Source of the DNA: Gammaproteobacteria bacterium
Lineage (GTDB): Bacteria > Pseudomonadota > Gammaproteobacteria > JABDGN01
Direction of reading: 5' to 3'
Assembly (NCBI GenBank): GCA_044375265.1
Contig: JBILMY010000001.1
Coordinates: forward strand, 1-32,756
DNA length: 32,756 nt
Shown here: positions 7,694 through 16,882 of the stretch, piece by piece
How the letters are laid out: every line of letters begins with the position of its first letter
How positions within the stretch are numbered: the stretch's first letter is position 1
Made by a program: the position numbers and the translations under genes
The notes under the pieces: generated by a model
What the model saw: only the letters and a program-made list of their open reading frames with translations
Database searches by the model: none
What the model was told of the DNA's origin: nothing

Positions 7694-8387
7694 TGTAGCC
7701 AGCAGCATCGCTGGCTAAAAATGCAACCATATACGCAATGTCTTGGGGTTTACCTAACACTTTCATAGGAATCGTGTCTAATAATTTATTTTTTTCAGTC
7801 TCAGGGATTCCTTCCATCATGTCTGTCTCAATCAGTCCCGGTGCAACGACATTGACCGTAATGCCTCTTGTCGCGACTTCCAACGCCAGTGATTTTGAAA
7901 ATCCAATCATCCCTGCTTTGGCAGCGGCATAATTACATTGCCCCGCATTACCCCTGAGCGCCACCACCGAGCTGATATTGATGATACGTCCCGCGCGCGC
8001 TTTGAGCATGGCAGGTAACACAGCTTTTGATAAATAAAAAACACTGGATAAATTGGTTTCGATCACGCTCTGCCATTCCTCAGATTTCATACGCAGCAAT
8101 AAATTATCGCGCGTAATACCGGCATTATTCACCAAGATATTAATCGCAGGCAAATCTTTACAAAAATTTTCTACATTGTCTTTATCCGATAAATTGAGCA
8201 CGCGACCTTCACCTTGTTCGCTCAGCATGGCAGAAATGCTTTTTGCACCTTCAGGGCTTGTGGCAGTACCTATCACGAAGGCACCCTGTTCTTTAAGCAT
8301 ATGTGCAATCGCTTTGCCAATCCCACGGCTTGCGCCTGTCACGAGCGCTGTTTTGCCGGATAAATTAAGTTGTGTCATCAAGGTCAT
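7650..8387 (-). CDS. fabG: 3-oxoacyl-[ACP] reductase FabG
   Basis: GKTALVTGASRGIGKAIA, NILVNNAGITRDNLLLRMK, the YAAAKAG catalytic Y-x-x-x-K, and ITVNVVAPGLIETDM are close to my recollection of E. coli FabG along the whole length. An alternative start is ATG at 8378. Confidence 0.85.
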   Translation of the reverse strand: MTLMTQLNLSGKTALVTGASRGIGKAIAHMLKEQGAFVIGTATSPEGAKSISAMLSEQGEGRVLNLSDKDNVENFCKDLPAINILVNNAGITRDNLLLRMKSEEWQSVIETNLSSVFYLSKAVLPAMLKARAGRIINISSVVALRGNAGQCNYAAAKAGMIGFSKSLALEVATRGITVNVVAPGLIETDMMEGIPETEKNKLLDTIPMKVLGKPQDIAYMVAFLASDAAGYITGEVLSVAGGVCH

Positions 8388-9922
8388 ATTTCCCCCTTTA
8401 AATTATGAAAGCGAAATTTCATTAAATATAACATACCCATGTAAATAATACCTGCTCCTGCAATAACAAAGGATAAGCCTAATACACGATGTAACGCATG
8501 GTATCCAAAAAACATATCGCTAAAAACATACGTCGGCAATAAGGCAATGATGAGCAATCCATTGGCGCCCACTAATTTTGTAAAAAATAATTTCCAGCCT
8601 TGTTGCGGAATATAAATATTTTTTTTCAATAAGATAATTAACAACAAAACTGAATTCACGGTTGCACCCAAGGAAGCTGCCAGCGCCAATCCCACATGCT
8701 TTAAACTAAAAATAAAAATAAAGTTAAAGAGCAGGGTCACAGCCAACGTAATTGCCGCAACTTTCACCGGCGTTTTAATATTTTGTTTACCATAAAAAGC
8801 AGAGGCTAAAATTTTAAGTAGCATCATGCAGGGTACGCCGATAGCATAGGCCATTAAACTTTCCGAAGACATGATGACATCAAAACGAGAATAAAGCCCA
8901 TAATTAAAAAAGGTAATCATCAGGGGCTTTGCCAGTAGCATGAGTCCCAGCGCAGAAGGAATACCAATTAAGAGCACCATGCGAAGCGCCCAATCCAGCG
9001 TACGGGAATATTCTTCATGCGATTCACTCGCGTGATTTTTGGATAAGTGCGGCAATATCACCGTAGAAATCGCCACCCCAAATACGCCTAAGGGAAATTC
9101 AATAAGTCGTTCTGAATTATAAAGCCAGGTGATACTGCCTTCTTGCAAATATGATGCAAAGATCGTTGTGAGCAGTAATCCAATTTGAGATACCGATACG
9201 CCAAAGAGCGCCGGCAGCATGAGTTTCAATAGCCTTTTTACGCCGGGGTCAGACCATCCCCAGCGATAACGCGGGACCACTTCATAACGTTTTAAAAAAG
9301 GAAATTGAAAAAGCCATTGCACGAATCCTGCCACTGCTACACCCACGGCAAGTCCTAAAATAGGGGGATTAAAAAAGGTCGCACTCATAAAAGCGGCGAT
9401 AATCATGACAATATTTAAAAATACAGGGGTTATGGCAGGGCCTGCAAAATGACCTTCGGTATTTAAAATGCCGCCCGCAAACGCAGTGAGGGAGATGAAA
9501 AAAATATAAGGGAAAGTAATGCGTAGCATCGTGGTGGCCATATCAAACCGCATGCCACTGCCGCCAAACCCTGGGGAAAATAAATGGATGATCCAAGGCG
9601 CCAGTAAAATAGCCACTACGGTAAAAATAAATAAAACACCTGCGAGCGTCCCCGCCACATGATCGATAAATAATTTCATATCAGTAGCGGTGTGTTTGGT
9701 TTTATATTCACTTAAGAGTGGGACGAACGCTTGTGAAAAAGCGCCTTCGGCAAATAATCGCCGCATGAAATTGGGGATTTTAAAGGCCACAAAAAAAGCA
9801 TCCGTGAGCCCTGAAGCACCAAAAATATGCGCCACCGTCACATCGCGCGCAAAGCCTAAAATGCGGGAGATAAACGTCATGGCAGAAAAAGTGAGCGCTG
9901 AACGGGTAAGTTTCTTGCTCAT
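8384..9922 (-). CDS. murJ: Lipid II flippase MurJ (MviN)
   Basis: The N-terminus is ISRILGFARDVTVAHIFGASGLTDAFFVAFKIPNFMRRLFAEGAFSQAFVPLLSEY. It is a 512-aa polytopic protein, and its stop overlaps the fabG ATG (ATGA). Confidence 0.9.
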   Translation of the reverse strand: MSKKLTRSALTFSAMTFISRILGFARDVTVAHIFGASGLTDAFFVAFKIPNFMRRLFAEGAFSQAFVPLLSEYKTKHTATDMKLFIDHVAGTLAGVLFIFTVVAILLAPWIIHLFSPGFGGSGMRFDMATTMLRITFPYIFFISLTAFAGGILNTEGHFAGPAITPVFLNIVMIIAAFMSATFFNPPILGLAVGVAVAGFVQWLFQFPFLKRYEVVPRYRWGWSDPGVKRLLKLMLPALFGVSVSQIGLLLTTIFASYLQEGSITWLYNSERLIEFPLGVFGVAISTVILPHLSKNHASESHEEYSRTLDWALRMVLLIGIPSALGLMLLAKPLMITFFNYGLYSRFDVIMSSESLMAYAIGVPCMMLLKILASAFYGKQNIKTPVKVAAITLAVTLLFNFIFIFSLKHVGLALAASLGATVNSVLLLIILLKKNIYIPQQGWKLFFTKLVGANGLLIIALLPTYVFSDMFFGYHALHRVLGLSFVIAGAGIIYMGMLYLMKFRFHNLKGEI

Positions 9923-10121
9923 AAATTCCCTTCCAGAGGAGGGGTGGCAGCCACAAGCGAAAGCTGGGGCTGACGGGGTGGTTGATAAACGCTATCACTG
10001 TTAGAAATAAGCAGAAAAATTTTGGCTTTAATAAAAAATAATAAGATATAATCAAATGTAATCATTACACTATCAACCACCCCGCCCACTACGTGGGCAC
10101 CCCTCCTCTGGAGGGGAATTT
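9923..10121. repeat. Family E element: two inverted ~50-65-bp arms (9923-9987 and 10071-10121) around an 83-bp AT-rich core
   Basis: The left arm is aaattcccttccagaggaggggtg...ggggtggttgata. The right arm is tatcaaccacccc-gcccactacgtgggc-acccctcctctggaggggaattt, which is the reverse complement of the left arm with a different middle hairpin. Confidence 0.8.
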
Positions 10122-10144
10122 TTAGAGCAGTAAAAGTAATATAC

Positions 10145-10561
10145 TTAAAATAAGGCATTATGCGCCTCCTGGCTTTTTTCTAAAAAAGTTTTTTCAATCG
10201 CTGTAAAATCCCCTTCAAAGCTTGCGCCTATCTTGGATAACTCCAGCGCCGGATAATCCCGAAGCAGCACATATAATACTGTAAAAGGATATGCTTCATC
10301 CCAAAAACGCAGCTTGAGTAATTTTGTCTGCGATAAAAAAAGTGCGCGATCGAGAATTTCTGCAAAGCCTTGAAAAATCATTTTTAAGCGATCTTCAATC
10401 ACCTGCATCTTTTCCCGCTTTTCGTCTTCTGAAAAGGCATTCCAATTAATAATATCTTGATAATGCCGCTTGCATCCGCGGCAAGTCAAATCCCCATAGA
10501 CAGTAGAGCACACCCCGATGCAGGGCGTAGGAAGCGGTAGTTTTACATTGCTTAAATTCAT
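10145..10561 (-). CDS. DUF1289 (YdhL-like, Cys-rich) domain protein
   Basis: PCIGVCSTVYGDLTCRGCKRHYQDIINW is the DUF1289 signature. ATG at 10561 is preferred, because the track start at 10609 is TTG and would overlap ileS. Confidence 0.65.
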   Translation of the reverse strand: MNLSNVKLPLPTPCIGVCSTVYGDLTCRGCKRHYQDIINWNAFSEDEKREKMQVIEDRLKMIFQGFAEILDRALFLSQTKLLKLRFWDEAYPFTVLYVLLRDYPALELSKIGASFEGDFTAIEKTFLEKSQEAHNALF

Positions 10562-10576
10562 ATTTTTCCCTATAAT
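10548..10576 (+). promoter_or_regulatory. Candidate promoter TTGCTT-N17-TATAAT ending 6 nt before the ileS ATG
   Basis: TATAAT is at 10571-10576, TTGCTT at 10548-10553 and the ATG at 10583. There is no SD in the 6-nt gap (tctacc). Confidence 0.35.
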
Positions 10577-10582
10577 TCTACC

Positions 10583-13408
10583 ATGACAGACAAAGAAAAC
10601 CCCAATCAATTACACTTGCCGCAAACCAGCTTCGCGATGAAGGCCAATCTCTCGTCTCGAGAAAAAGAATTCTTGGCGTATTGGACAAAAATGGGTCTTT
10701 ATCAAAAAAGATCAGCTTTGCGAAAAGACAAGAAAAAATTTGTATTGCACGATGGGCCACCCTATGCCAATGGCATGATTCACTTAGGCCACGCCGTCAA
10801 TAAAATTCTTAAAGACATCGTGTGCAAATCCCACTTTTTAGACGGTTACGACACGCCGTATGTCCCGGGCTGGGATTGCCATGGGCTCCCGATTGAAATC
10901 AATGTCGAGAAAAAAACCGGTAAAGCAGGCAAAGACATTTCTGCCAAAGCGTTTCGAGAAGCGTGTCGTACCTATGCGGGCGAGCAAGTCGCTTTGCAAA
11001 AATTAGCTTTTGAACGCTTAGGCATTACGGGCGATTTTGCCCATCCGTATTTGACCATGGATTTTTCATTTGAAGCCGATACCGTTCGCGCACTGAAAAC
11101 CCTGTATGAAAAAGGATTTGTGATGCAGGGCTTTAAACCCGTGTATTGGTGTTTTGCCTGCCAGTCTTCGCTCGCCGAAGCGGAAGTGGAATATCAGGAT
11201 AAAACCTCGAATGCGGTGTATGTCAGTTTCCCCGTCATTCCCGGGCAGCCCGTCATTCCCGCGCAGGCGGGAATCCATAATGCATTGGAAGACTTTATAG
11301 AGCCTCGTTTACGCGTTGATCTGAATGTTGTGATTTGGACCACTACCCCTTGGACCTTGCCTGCAAATCAAGCCGTAGCGGTGAACCCTGATTTAGACTA
11401 TGCACTCATTACAGATGAAAAAAACACCTTTATTCTTGCCGACGCTTTAGTCGAAAATTTTGAAAAAATCACGCAAAAAACTTATCGTGTTATTCAATCG
11501 ATTAAAGGCATCGAACTCGAAGGCATCGAACTCAAACATCCTTTCCAAGATCGCACTGTGCCGATTATTCTTGGCGAACATGTCACGGCCGATGCTGGAA
11601 CTGGCGCTGTCCATACCGCACCTGCGCATGGCGAAGATGACTTTCGCGTCGGGAAAAAATACGACTTATCCCTGCAAAGCCCTGTGCAAGGTAATGGGGT
11701 TTTTGAAGCAGGGGATTTGCCTTACAGCGGAAAACAAGTGTTTAAAGCTGAAGAGGACATTATCGAATTATTGAAGACCCCTCACCCGTCGACTGCGTCG
11801 CCGACCTCTCCCGCAAGGGGAGAGGTGAGCCTCATACATGCCGAAAAAATCACGCACAGTTATCCGCATTGCTGGCGTCACAAAACACCCGTGATTTTCC
11901 GTTCAACGCCACAATGGTTTTTGAACGCGCAAAAACTCTGTGCCGGCGCGATTCCTGCCTTGCAAGACATTCAGTGGAAACCCACTTGGGGGCGCGAACG
12001 CATGCTAGGGATGCTAGACGACAGACCCGATTGGTGTATTTCACGTCAGCGCACTTGGGGAACGCCCATCACCATTTTCATTCATAAAAATACGCAAGCC
12101 CCGCATCCGAGAACCGCAGAGTTGATGGAAGCCGTTGCGAAGCTCATCGAGAAAGAAGGCATTCAAGCCTGGTTTGATTGTGATGCGAAAACGCTGCTGG
12201 GCGATGAAGCCGATCACTACGACAAAGTCACCGACATTTTAGATGTCTGGTTTGAATCGGGTGTGAGTCATTTTGCCGTATTGTCACAGCGCCCCGATTT
12301 ACATTTTCCTGCAGAAGTCTATTTAGAAGGTTCCGATCAATATCGTGGTTGGTTTCAATCGGCATTATTGACGGCGATTGGACTCGAAGGCAAAGCCCCA
12401 TATAAAAATTTGATTACGCATGGATTTACGATCGATGAAAAAGGACAGAAAATGTCGAAGTCGATCGGCAATGTGATCGCGCCTGAAAAAGTCGTCGACA
12501 CCCTCGGCGCCGATATTTTAAGGCTCTGGATTGCTTCTACGGATTATACGGCAGATATGTCGCTCTCCGATGAAATTTTAAAACGCTGCTCGGAATCGTA
12601 TCGACGTATTCGAAACACGGCGCGGTTTTTATTATCGAATTTATATGATTTTACGTATGAAAGCGAACATGTAAAGAATGACGAGCTACTGGTCTTTGAT
12701 CGCTGGATTTTAGTACAAGCACAACAATACCAGCAAGAAATTATTGAAGCTTACCGAACTTTTAATTTTCATATCGTCGTGCAAAAGATACAATATTTTG
12801 CCTCGATTGTCTTAGGTAGTTTTTATTTAGATGTCATCAAAGATCGCTTGTATACGGTGAATGGCATCGCGCGTCGCTCTGCGCAAACAGTGCTGTATCA
12901 TTTAATGGAAGCGATGGTACGCTGGATGGCACCGATTTTAAGTTTCACCGCAGAAGAAATTTGGCAAGCCATGCCGGCGGGACGCTCAGAATCCGTGCAT
13001 TTAGAATCGTGGTATGAAGGGTTGGAATCAGTCAGCTTATCACCACTTTTTTCAGCAGAAGAAATAACGCAATTGATTAGCTTACGCGAGCAAGTGAATA
13101 AGTCTATTGAAGAAGCACGGCAAGCGGGACTCGTGGGCTCTGCTTTAGAGACTGAGATTACGCTAAATGTCAGCGCAAAAATTTTTGCTCTTTTACAAAA
13201 AATGGAAAATGAACTTAAATTTTTCTTTATCAGTTCAAAAGTGATTTTAAAAGAAGGGCATGCATTACAAATTAATGTGCAAAAAATCCCTTATGAAAAA
13301 TGCGATCGGTGCTGGCATCGTTGCCCTGAGATTTCTGAGACACAAAAAATTTGCCATCGCTGTGAAACCAATTTACACAAAGATGGCGAAGTGAGAGAAA
13401 TGATATGA
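10583..13408 (+). CDS. ileS: Isoleucine--tRNA ligase
   Basis: HIGH motif PYANGMIHLGHAVNK, KMSKS, WTTTPWTLPAN (editing domain) and a C-terminal Zn-finger (CDRCWHRC...CHRCETN) are present. The ileS-lspA-ispH synteny is conserved. Confidence 0.95.
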   Translation: MTDKENPNQLHLPQTSFAMKANLSSREKEFLAYWTKMGLYQKRSALRKDKKKFVLHDGPPYANGMIHLGHAVNKILKDIVCKSHFLDGYDTPYVPGWDCHGLPIEINVEKKTGKAGKDISAKAFREACRTYAGEQVALQKLAFERLGITGDFAHPYLTMDFSFEADTVRALKTLYEKGFVMQGFKPVYWCFACQSSLAEAEVEYQDKTSNAVYVSFPVIPGQPVIPAQAGIHNALEDFIEPRLRVDLNVVIWTTTPWTLPANQAVAVNPDLDYALITDEKNTFILADALVENFEKITQKTYRVIQSIKGIELEGIELKHPFQDRTVPIILGEHVTADAGTGAVHTAPAHGEDDFRVGKKYDLSLQSPVQGNGVFEAGDLPYSGKQVFKAEEDIIELLKTPHPSTASPTSPARGEVSLIHAEKITHSYPHCWRHKTPVIFRSTPQWFLNAQKLCAGAIPALQDIQWKPTWGRERMLGMLDDRPDWCISRQRTWGTPITIFIHKNTQAPHPRTAELMEAVAKLIEKEGIQAWFDCDAKTLLGDEADHYDKVTDILDVWFESGVSHFAVLSQRPDLHFPAEVYLEGSDQYRGWFQSALLTAIGLEGKAPYKNLITHGFTIDEKGQKMSKSIGNVIAPEKVVDTLGADILRLWIASTDYTADMSLSDEILKRCSESYRRIRNTARFLLSNLYDFTYESEHVKNDELLVFDRWILVQAQQYQQEIIEAYRTFNFHIVVQKIQYFASIVLGSFYLDVIKDRLYTVNGIARRSAQTVLYHLMEAMVRWMAPILSFTAEEIWQAMPAGRSESVHLESWYEGLESVSLSPLFSAEEITQLISLREQVNKSIEEARQAGLVGSALETEITLNVSAKIFALLQKMENELKFFFISSKVILKEGHALQINVQKIPYEKCDRCWHRCPEISETQKICHRCETNLHKDGEVREMI
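11232..11278 (+). repeat. Family A element (partial unit plus full attcccgcgcaggcgggaat hairpin) in frame inside ileS
   Basis: The sequence cgtcattcccgggcagcccgtcattcccgcgcaggcgggaatccat is translated as PVIPGQPVIPAQAGIH. It matches 17259-17286 in reverse complement and the second hairpin of 6868-6929 and 17072-17132. Confidence 0.8.
11778..11829 (+). repeat. Family D element in frame inside ileS
   Basis: The sequence cccctcacccgtcgactgcgtcgccgacctctcccgcaaggggagaggtgag is translated as PHPSTASPTSPARGEVS. It is nearly identical to the intergenic copy at 17738-17789. Confidence 0.85.
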
Positions 13409-13420
13409 GAATTTATGAAT

Positions 13421-13535
13421 GCCCCCTTAACAAGGGGGCTGTCGACACAAGTCGACTGGGGGATTTATTTTCTATATTACCTAAAAAATCCCCCCCTATT
13501 GGCTACGCCAATTTCCCCCCTTATTAAGGGGGGGG
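13421..13535. repeat. Family C composite palindromic element, copy 2, inverted relative to copies 1 and 3
   Basis: Module order is gcccccttaacaagggggc, gtcgac-acaa-gtcgac, GGGGGA, a 25-nt AT core, TCCCCCC, attggc-tac-gccaat, then ccccccttattaagggggggg. It lies in the ileS-lspA spacer. Confidence 0.85.
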
Positions 13536-13563
13536 GTACCAAAATTTTATTAAAGGACTTTTT

Positions 13564-14034
13564 ATGAATACCAAAAATCTCCACTGGCTCTGGATCAGCG
13601 TCTTTATCATTGTCTGCGATCAAATCGCTAAAATTATCGTTGCACGATCGATTGGACTTGGCCAAGGCATTGAGCTCAATAGCTATATCAACCTCGTGCA
13701 TGCGCATAATTACGGCGCAGCGTTTAGCTTTTTAGATATCCGCGGTGGCGGACAGCGCTGGATATTCACGACCATTTCTATTGTGGCCAGTGTGCTGCTC
13801 ATCGTCTGGCTCATGCGAACGCCTAGCTCAAAAAAATGGCAGTCGCTCAGCTTATCGCTTATCATCGGCGGGGCGCTCGGCAATTTTTGGGATCGCTTTG
13901 CACAAGGCTATGTCATCGACTTTCTCGATTTCCATTATAAAGGCCTGCATTGGCCTGCGTTCAATATTGCTGACAGCGCCGTATCTTTAGGCGCAGTAAT
14001 TTTAATCTGCCTTTTGGTGTTTGGGAAACAGTAA
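13564..14034 (+). CDS. lspA: Lipoprotein signal peptidase (signal peptidase II)
   Basis: It has four TM segments, with NYGAAFSF and [12 protein letters not shown] motifs, and it follows ileS as in most Proteobacteria. Confidence 0.9.
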   Translation: MNTKNLHWLWISVFIIVCDQIAKIIVARSIGLGQGIELNSYINLVHAHNYGAAFSFLDIRGGGQRWIFTTISIVASVLLIVWLMRTPSSKKWQSLSLSLIIGGALGNFWDRFAQGYVIDFLDFHYKGLHWPAFNIADSAVSLGAVILICLLVFGKQ

Positions 14035-15005
14035 TGAAGGATTCCCTCGACCTTTCTTCCGCTACTCTTTATCTTGCCAATCCGCGTGGATTTTGTGCGG
14101 GCGTTGAACGCGCTATTCAAATGGTTGAACGTGCCTTAGAAGAAATTGGCTCGCCGATTTATGTCAAACATGAAGTCGTACACAATCAATTTGTCGTTGA
14201 GAATTTAAAAAAGAAAGGCGCGATTTTTATTGAAGATCTTTGCGATGTTCCTGCGGGAGCAACTTTAATTTTTAGTGCCCATGGCGTTTCACAAGCGGTA
14301 CGTAATGAGGCCAAAGTGCGTGGTTTCACACTCTTTGATGCAACGTGCCCGCTCGTTCAAAAAGTCCATGCGGAAGTCATCCGTTATGACAAACAAGGTA
14401 TTGAATGTATTTTGATTGGGCATAAGGGACACCCTGAAGTCGAAGGCACGATGGGACAATATCATAACCCTGAAGGCGGTATGTATTTAATCGAAACTGA
14501 ACAGGATATCGAAAACCTCAAGGTAAAAAATCCCGAGAAATTGGCTTATATGACGCAAACCACTTTATCCGTCGATGATACAAGTAAAATCATTGAAAAA
14601 TTACGCGCTAAATTCCCCGCTATTCAAGGCGCTAAAAAAGAAGATATTTGCTACGCCACACAAAACCGTCAAGATGCCGTGAAAACTTTGGCTAACAGTT
14701 GTGATGTGGTGTTAGTTGTGGGTTCTATTACAAGCTCGAATTCCAATCGCTTGCGAGAATTATCCGAACGCATGGGTGTTCCAGCATATCTCATCGATAA
14801 GGCTGCTGAAATTCAAGATGCCTGGCTTATCGGCAAAAAAAACATCGGCCTCACCGCTGGCGCGTCTGCGCCGGAAGTGTTGGTGCAAGAAGTGATTAAC
14901 CATCTTAAAAATAAAGGGCTTGAACAAGTGCGCTCTTTGGAAGGACGAGAAGAAAATATCACCTTCGCCCTGCCTAGAGAGTTACGCAGAAGTACTTCCT
15001 TCTAA
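14034..15005 (+). CDS. ispH: 4-hydroxy-3-methylbut-2-enyl diphosphate reductase IspH (LytB)
   Basis: [28 protein letters not shown], and TQTTLS...ICYATQNRQ supply the three cluster Cys. Its start overlaps the lspA stop (TAATG). Confidence 0.9.
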   Translation: MKDSLDLSSATLYLANPRGFCAGVERAIQMVERALEEIGSPIYVKHEVVHNQFVVENLKKKGAIFIEDLCDVPAGATLIFSAHGVSQAVRNEAKVRGFTLFDATCPLVQKVHAEVIRYDKQGIECILIGHKGHPEVEGTMGQYHNPEGGMYLIETEQDIENLKVKNPEKLAYMTQTTLSVDDTSKIIEKLRAKFPAIQGAKKEDICYATQNRQDAVKTLANSCDVVLVVGSITSSNSNRLRELSERMGVPAYLIDKAAEIQDAWLIGKKNIGLTAGASAPEVLVQEVINHLKNKGLEQVRSLEGREENITFALPRELRRSTSF

Positions 15006-16604
15006 GCTGCAGCTATAATCAGTTGAAACGCTAAGCGTCTTCTCCTCCGTTATTTTTTGAGGTAAAAGCGGCTGCTTGTCAGTCTGAATAGATGCTGCTT
15101 TTTGCGTTTCTTTTGAATCCTGAATTCGCTTATAAAACCATTCCCCGCCCATACTCCATATAAATTGTCGAATAATGTCTGCGCCAGAAATCGGCAATAA
15201 AAATGCGGCCAAGCCTGAAAGATAAGGCGAAAACCCTTCAACAAAAGGATCCACTGTCTCATTTTTTCCCTGACAAAACCCTATAAATTTCGCCAAAGAA
15301 GCACTCTCTTTTTCAAGCATATAAAATTCAATAAAGAAGCTACAAGAAATAATCAGCGCCAAAAAGTTGGACATCCAAAAAGCTGCATTTTTATGCTGTG
15401 CATAAATCACTTTTGCAATCCGAGAATATATTTCAGAATAAAAATCAAAAAATAAAAAAAATTCTCCTATATTTAAAAAACAAGCTGCGCCCCAGCGAAC
15501 ATAAAAAGCTTCTGCAAAATTTTTAAAAGATAATTTTTGTTCTTCAAAAATCTGTGCTGTATAAACCCGTGGAATAAATAAAAAGAAAGCTAGCAGCAAT
15601 GCAATAAAAGTATTGGTCATTGCCATGGGAAAATTTAGGTGTTCGTGCCCTCCGGAAAGATTTCGCTGAATATATGCTGCAATCGTTTCATCTTCTCTTT
15701 TTTTAAATTTTTTGAAAAAAGATTCAGTCCCGTTGGCGTTAAGCAAAGTCGATAAAATAAAATTACAACTGCCACAAATAGCGCCAATAATACTACTTAT
15801 AAAGCCATTTCCTAGTAAAGACTGTACACCAAAAAAAGTTAACGCAGCAGGAGCGACTGCCGCACAAAGTCCTAAAAAAAAGGCTATACTAGAAGCATAG
15901 GTTTTACTTAAGCCTGGATAATGGGCAATTCCCATAAAATTAAAGAGTGCGCCTCCCATCGGTGCAAATGCTTTCAAAAAGATGTTTACAAGCGGAATAC
16001 TGCTTTGCGCAGCTATTAAAGAAGCTGAACTTGCCACAGCCATTCCTCCAATCACCGCATCAGAAATGGGATAATTACCATACAAAGGAGGTACAATATA
16101 ACCTGCCTGCCAAGCAGAAATAGGCTGATATTGCTCAGTCTTATTTTTCCATTGACGATAGATAAAATCAAATATCTTCACTTGCCGAATACCGCCCAAG
16201 TGCCCGCTCACCTTACCAGGATAAGACTGTAAGGTAGAATCAAAATTTTTTGGTAATAAAGCAACTGTATTTTTTAATAGTCCGCCAATAAAAAGACAAA
16301 AAACTTCTTCTGTTTTTGAAGGTAAAGATTGATCATTCGCTTGCTGCACTACCTGGGCAATGACAATATTCTCAATTTTCCAATAAGCAGGATTTCCCTG
16401 CTTATCTCGGTATTCAACCAAAAGCTTAAATTCTTTGACAGAAGCTTCTTCGCTGACTAAATGAAAAGTAAAATCATTGATTTTAAAGTTCGATAACTGT
16501 TCTTGAATGCGCCTTAGGGTAGTACTTCCAATCGCTTGCCCAGCAAATCTAACACTATGATAAATTGAAAAATAGGTAACGCCATCGATAACCAGGGTCT
16601 TCAT
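14982..16604 (-). CDS. Hypothetical polytopic membrane protein (540 aa), no recognisable family
   Basis: ATG is at 16602-16604. An N-terminal soluble region of about 170 aa is followed by roughly 8 hydrophobic segments rich in G/A/S, then a hydrophilic S/T/E-rich C-terminal tail. By hand counts on sampled 60-bp lines it is noticeably more AT-rich than ileS (15-33% GC in some lines against about 55% in one ileS line). Confidence 0.6.
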   Translation of the reverse strand: MKTLVIDGVTYFSIYHSVRFAGQAIGSTTLRRIQEQLSNFKINDFTFHLVSEEASVKEFKLLVEYRDKQGNPAYWKIENIVIAQVVQQANDQSLPSKTEEVFCLFIGGLLKNTVALLPKNFDSTLQSYPGKVSGHLGGIRQVKIFDFIYRQWKNKTEQYQPISAWQAGYIVPPLYGNYPISDAVIGGMAVASSASLIAAQSSIPLVNIFLKAFAPMGGALFNFMGIAHYPGLSKTYASSIAFFLGLCAAVAPAALTFFGVQSLLGNGFISSIIGAICGSCNFILSTLLNANGTESFFKKFKKREDETIAAYIQRNLSGGHEHLNFPMAMTNTFIALLLAFFLFIPRVYTAQIFEEQKLSFKNFAEAFYVRWGAACFLNIGEFFLFFDFYSEIYSRIAKVIYAQHKNAAFWMSNFLALIISCSFFIEFYMLEKESASLAKFIGFCQGKNETVDPFVEGFSPYLSGLAAFLLPISGADIIRQFIWSMGGEWFYKRIQDSKETQKAASIQTDKQPLLPQKITEEKTLSVSTDYSCSLEGSTSA

Positions 16605-16853
16605 AAGAGTCTCTTCTAAATAATAATAAATAATGATGGATTTTGTAGAGATTTTGCCGCCTGCCTTAGTGTTACAAAATCCTACATTGAGAAGGAATAG
16701 CCGCTAAGACAGGCTGGGCATCCAAAAAATAATAATAAGTGAGGCAAGAGAATGGGAAAGTATAGAAAATACTGCGTAAAGGTTGGGATGAAAAGAAAAT
16801 TCGTTCATTATAATTATCTCTTGATTTTTTATTATTACATAGTGCCATAATAA

Positions 16854-16882
16854 TTGTCAAGCCTTTATAAATTTGCTATAAT
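16854..16882 (+). promoter_or_regulatory. Sigma70-type promoter for tRNA-Arg (TTGTCA-N17-TATAAT)
   Basis: TTGTCA is at 16854-16859 and TATAAT at 16877-16882. A GC-containing discriminator (tcgccttcac) follows, and the mature tRNA 5' end is at 16893. Confidence 0.6.

Noticed and set aside
7655-7720. A 15-nt near match (CACCCCGCCCGCTAC) to the family E arm, and a gccagc...gctggc hairpin at 7696-7716 resembling the middle hairpins of families C and D.
   Set aside because: Both lie in the fabG coding sequence and encode conserved SDR residues (…VAGGV… and FLASDAAGY). The similarity is most simply explained by codon constraints, and the surrounding repeat modules are absent.
10562-10609. A longer form of the DUF1289 ORF starting at 10609.
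   Set aside because: The start would be TTG and would overlap the ileS start by 27 nt. ATG 10561 gives a protein that begins just before the conserved Cys motif.
11232-11829. Intein or group I/II intron in ileS.
   Set aside because: The extra segments are only about 15-18 codons and lack intein splice-junction motifs or intron-sized structure. They match dispersed intergenic repeats instead.
13477-13707. Small ORFs sharing the peptide PPLIRGEIGVAN (13477-13707 minus, 29770-30018 plus), and ORFs containing MDSRLRGNDG, FPRRRESI or TRESRGPWTPAFAGVT (11066-11278, 17186-17374, 6808-7002).
   Set aside because: The shared peptides are simply translations of repeat families C and A in different frames and strands. 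The similarity is at the DNA-repeat level, so these are not a protein family.
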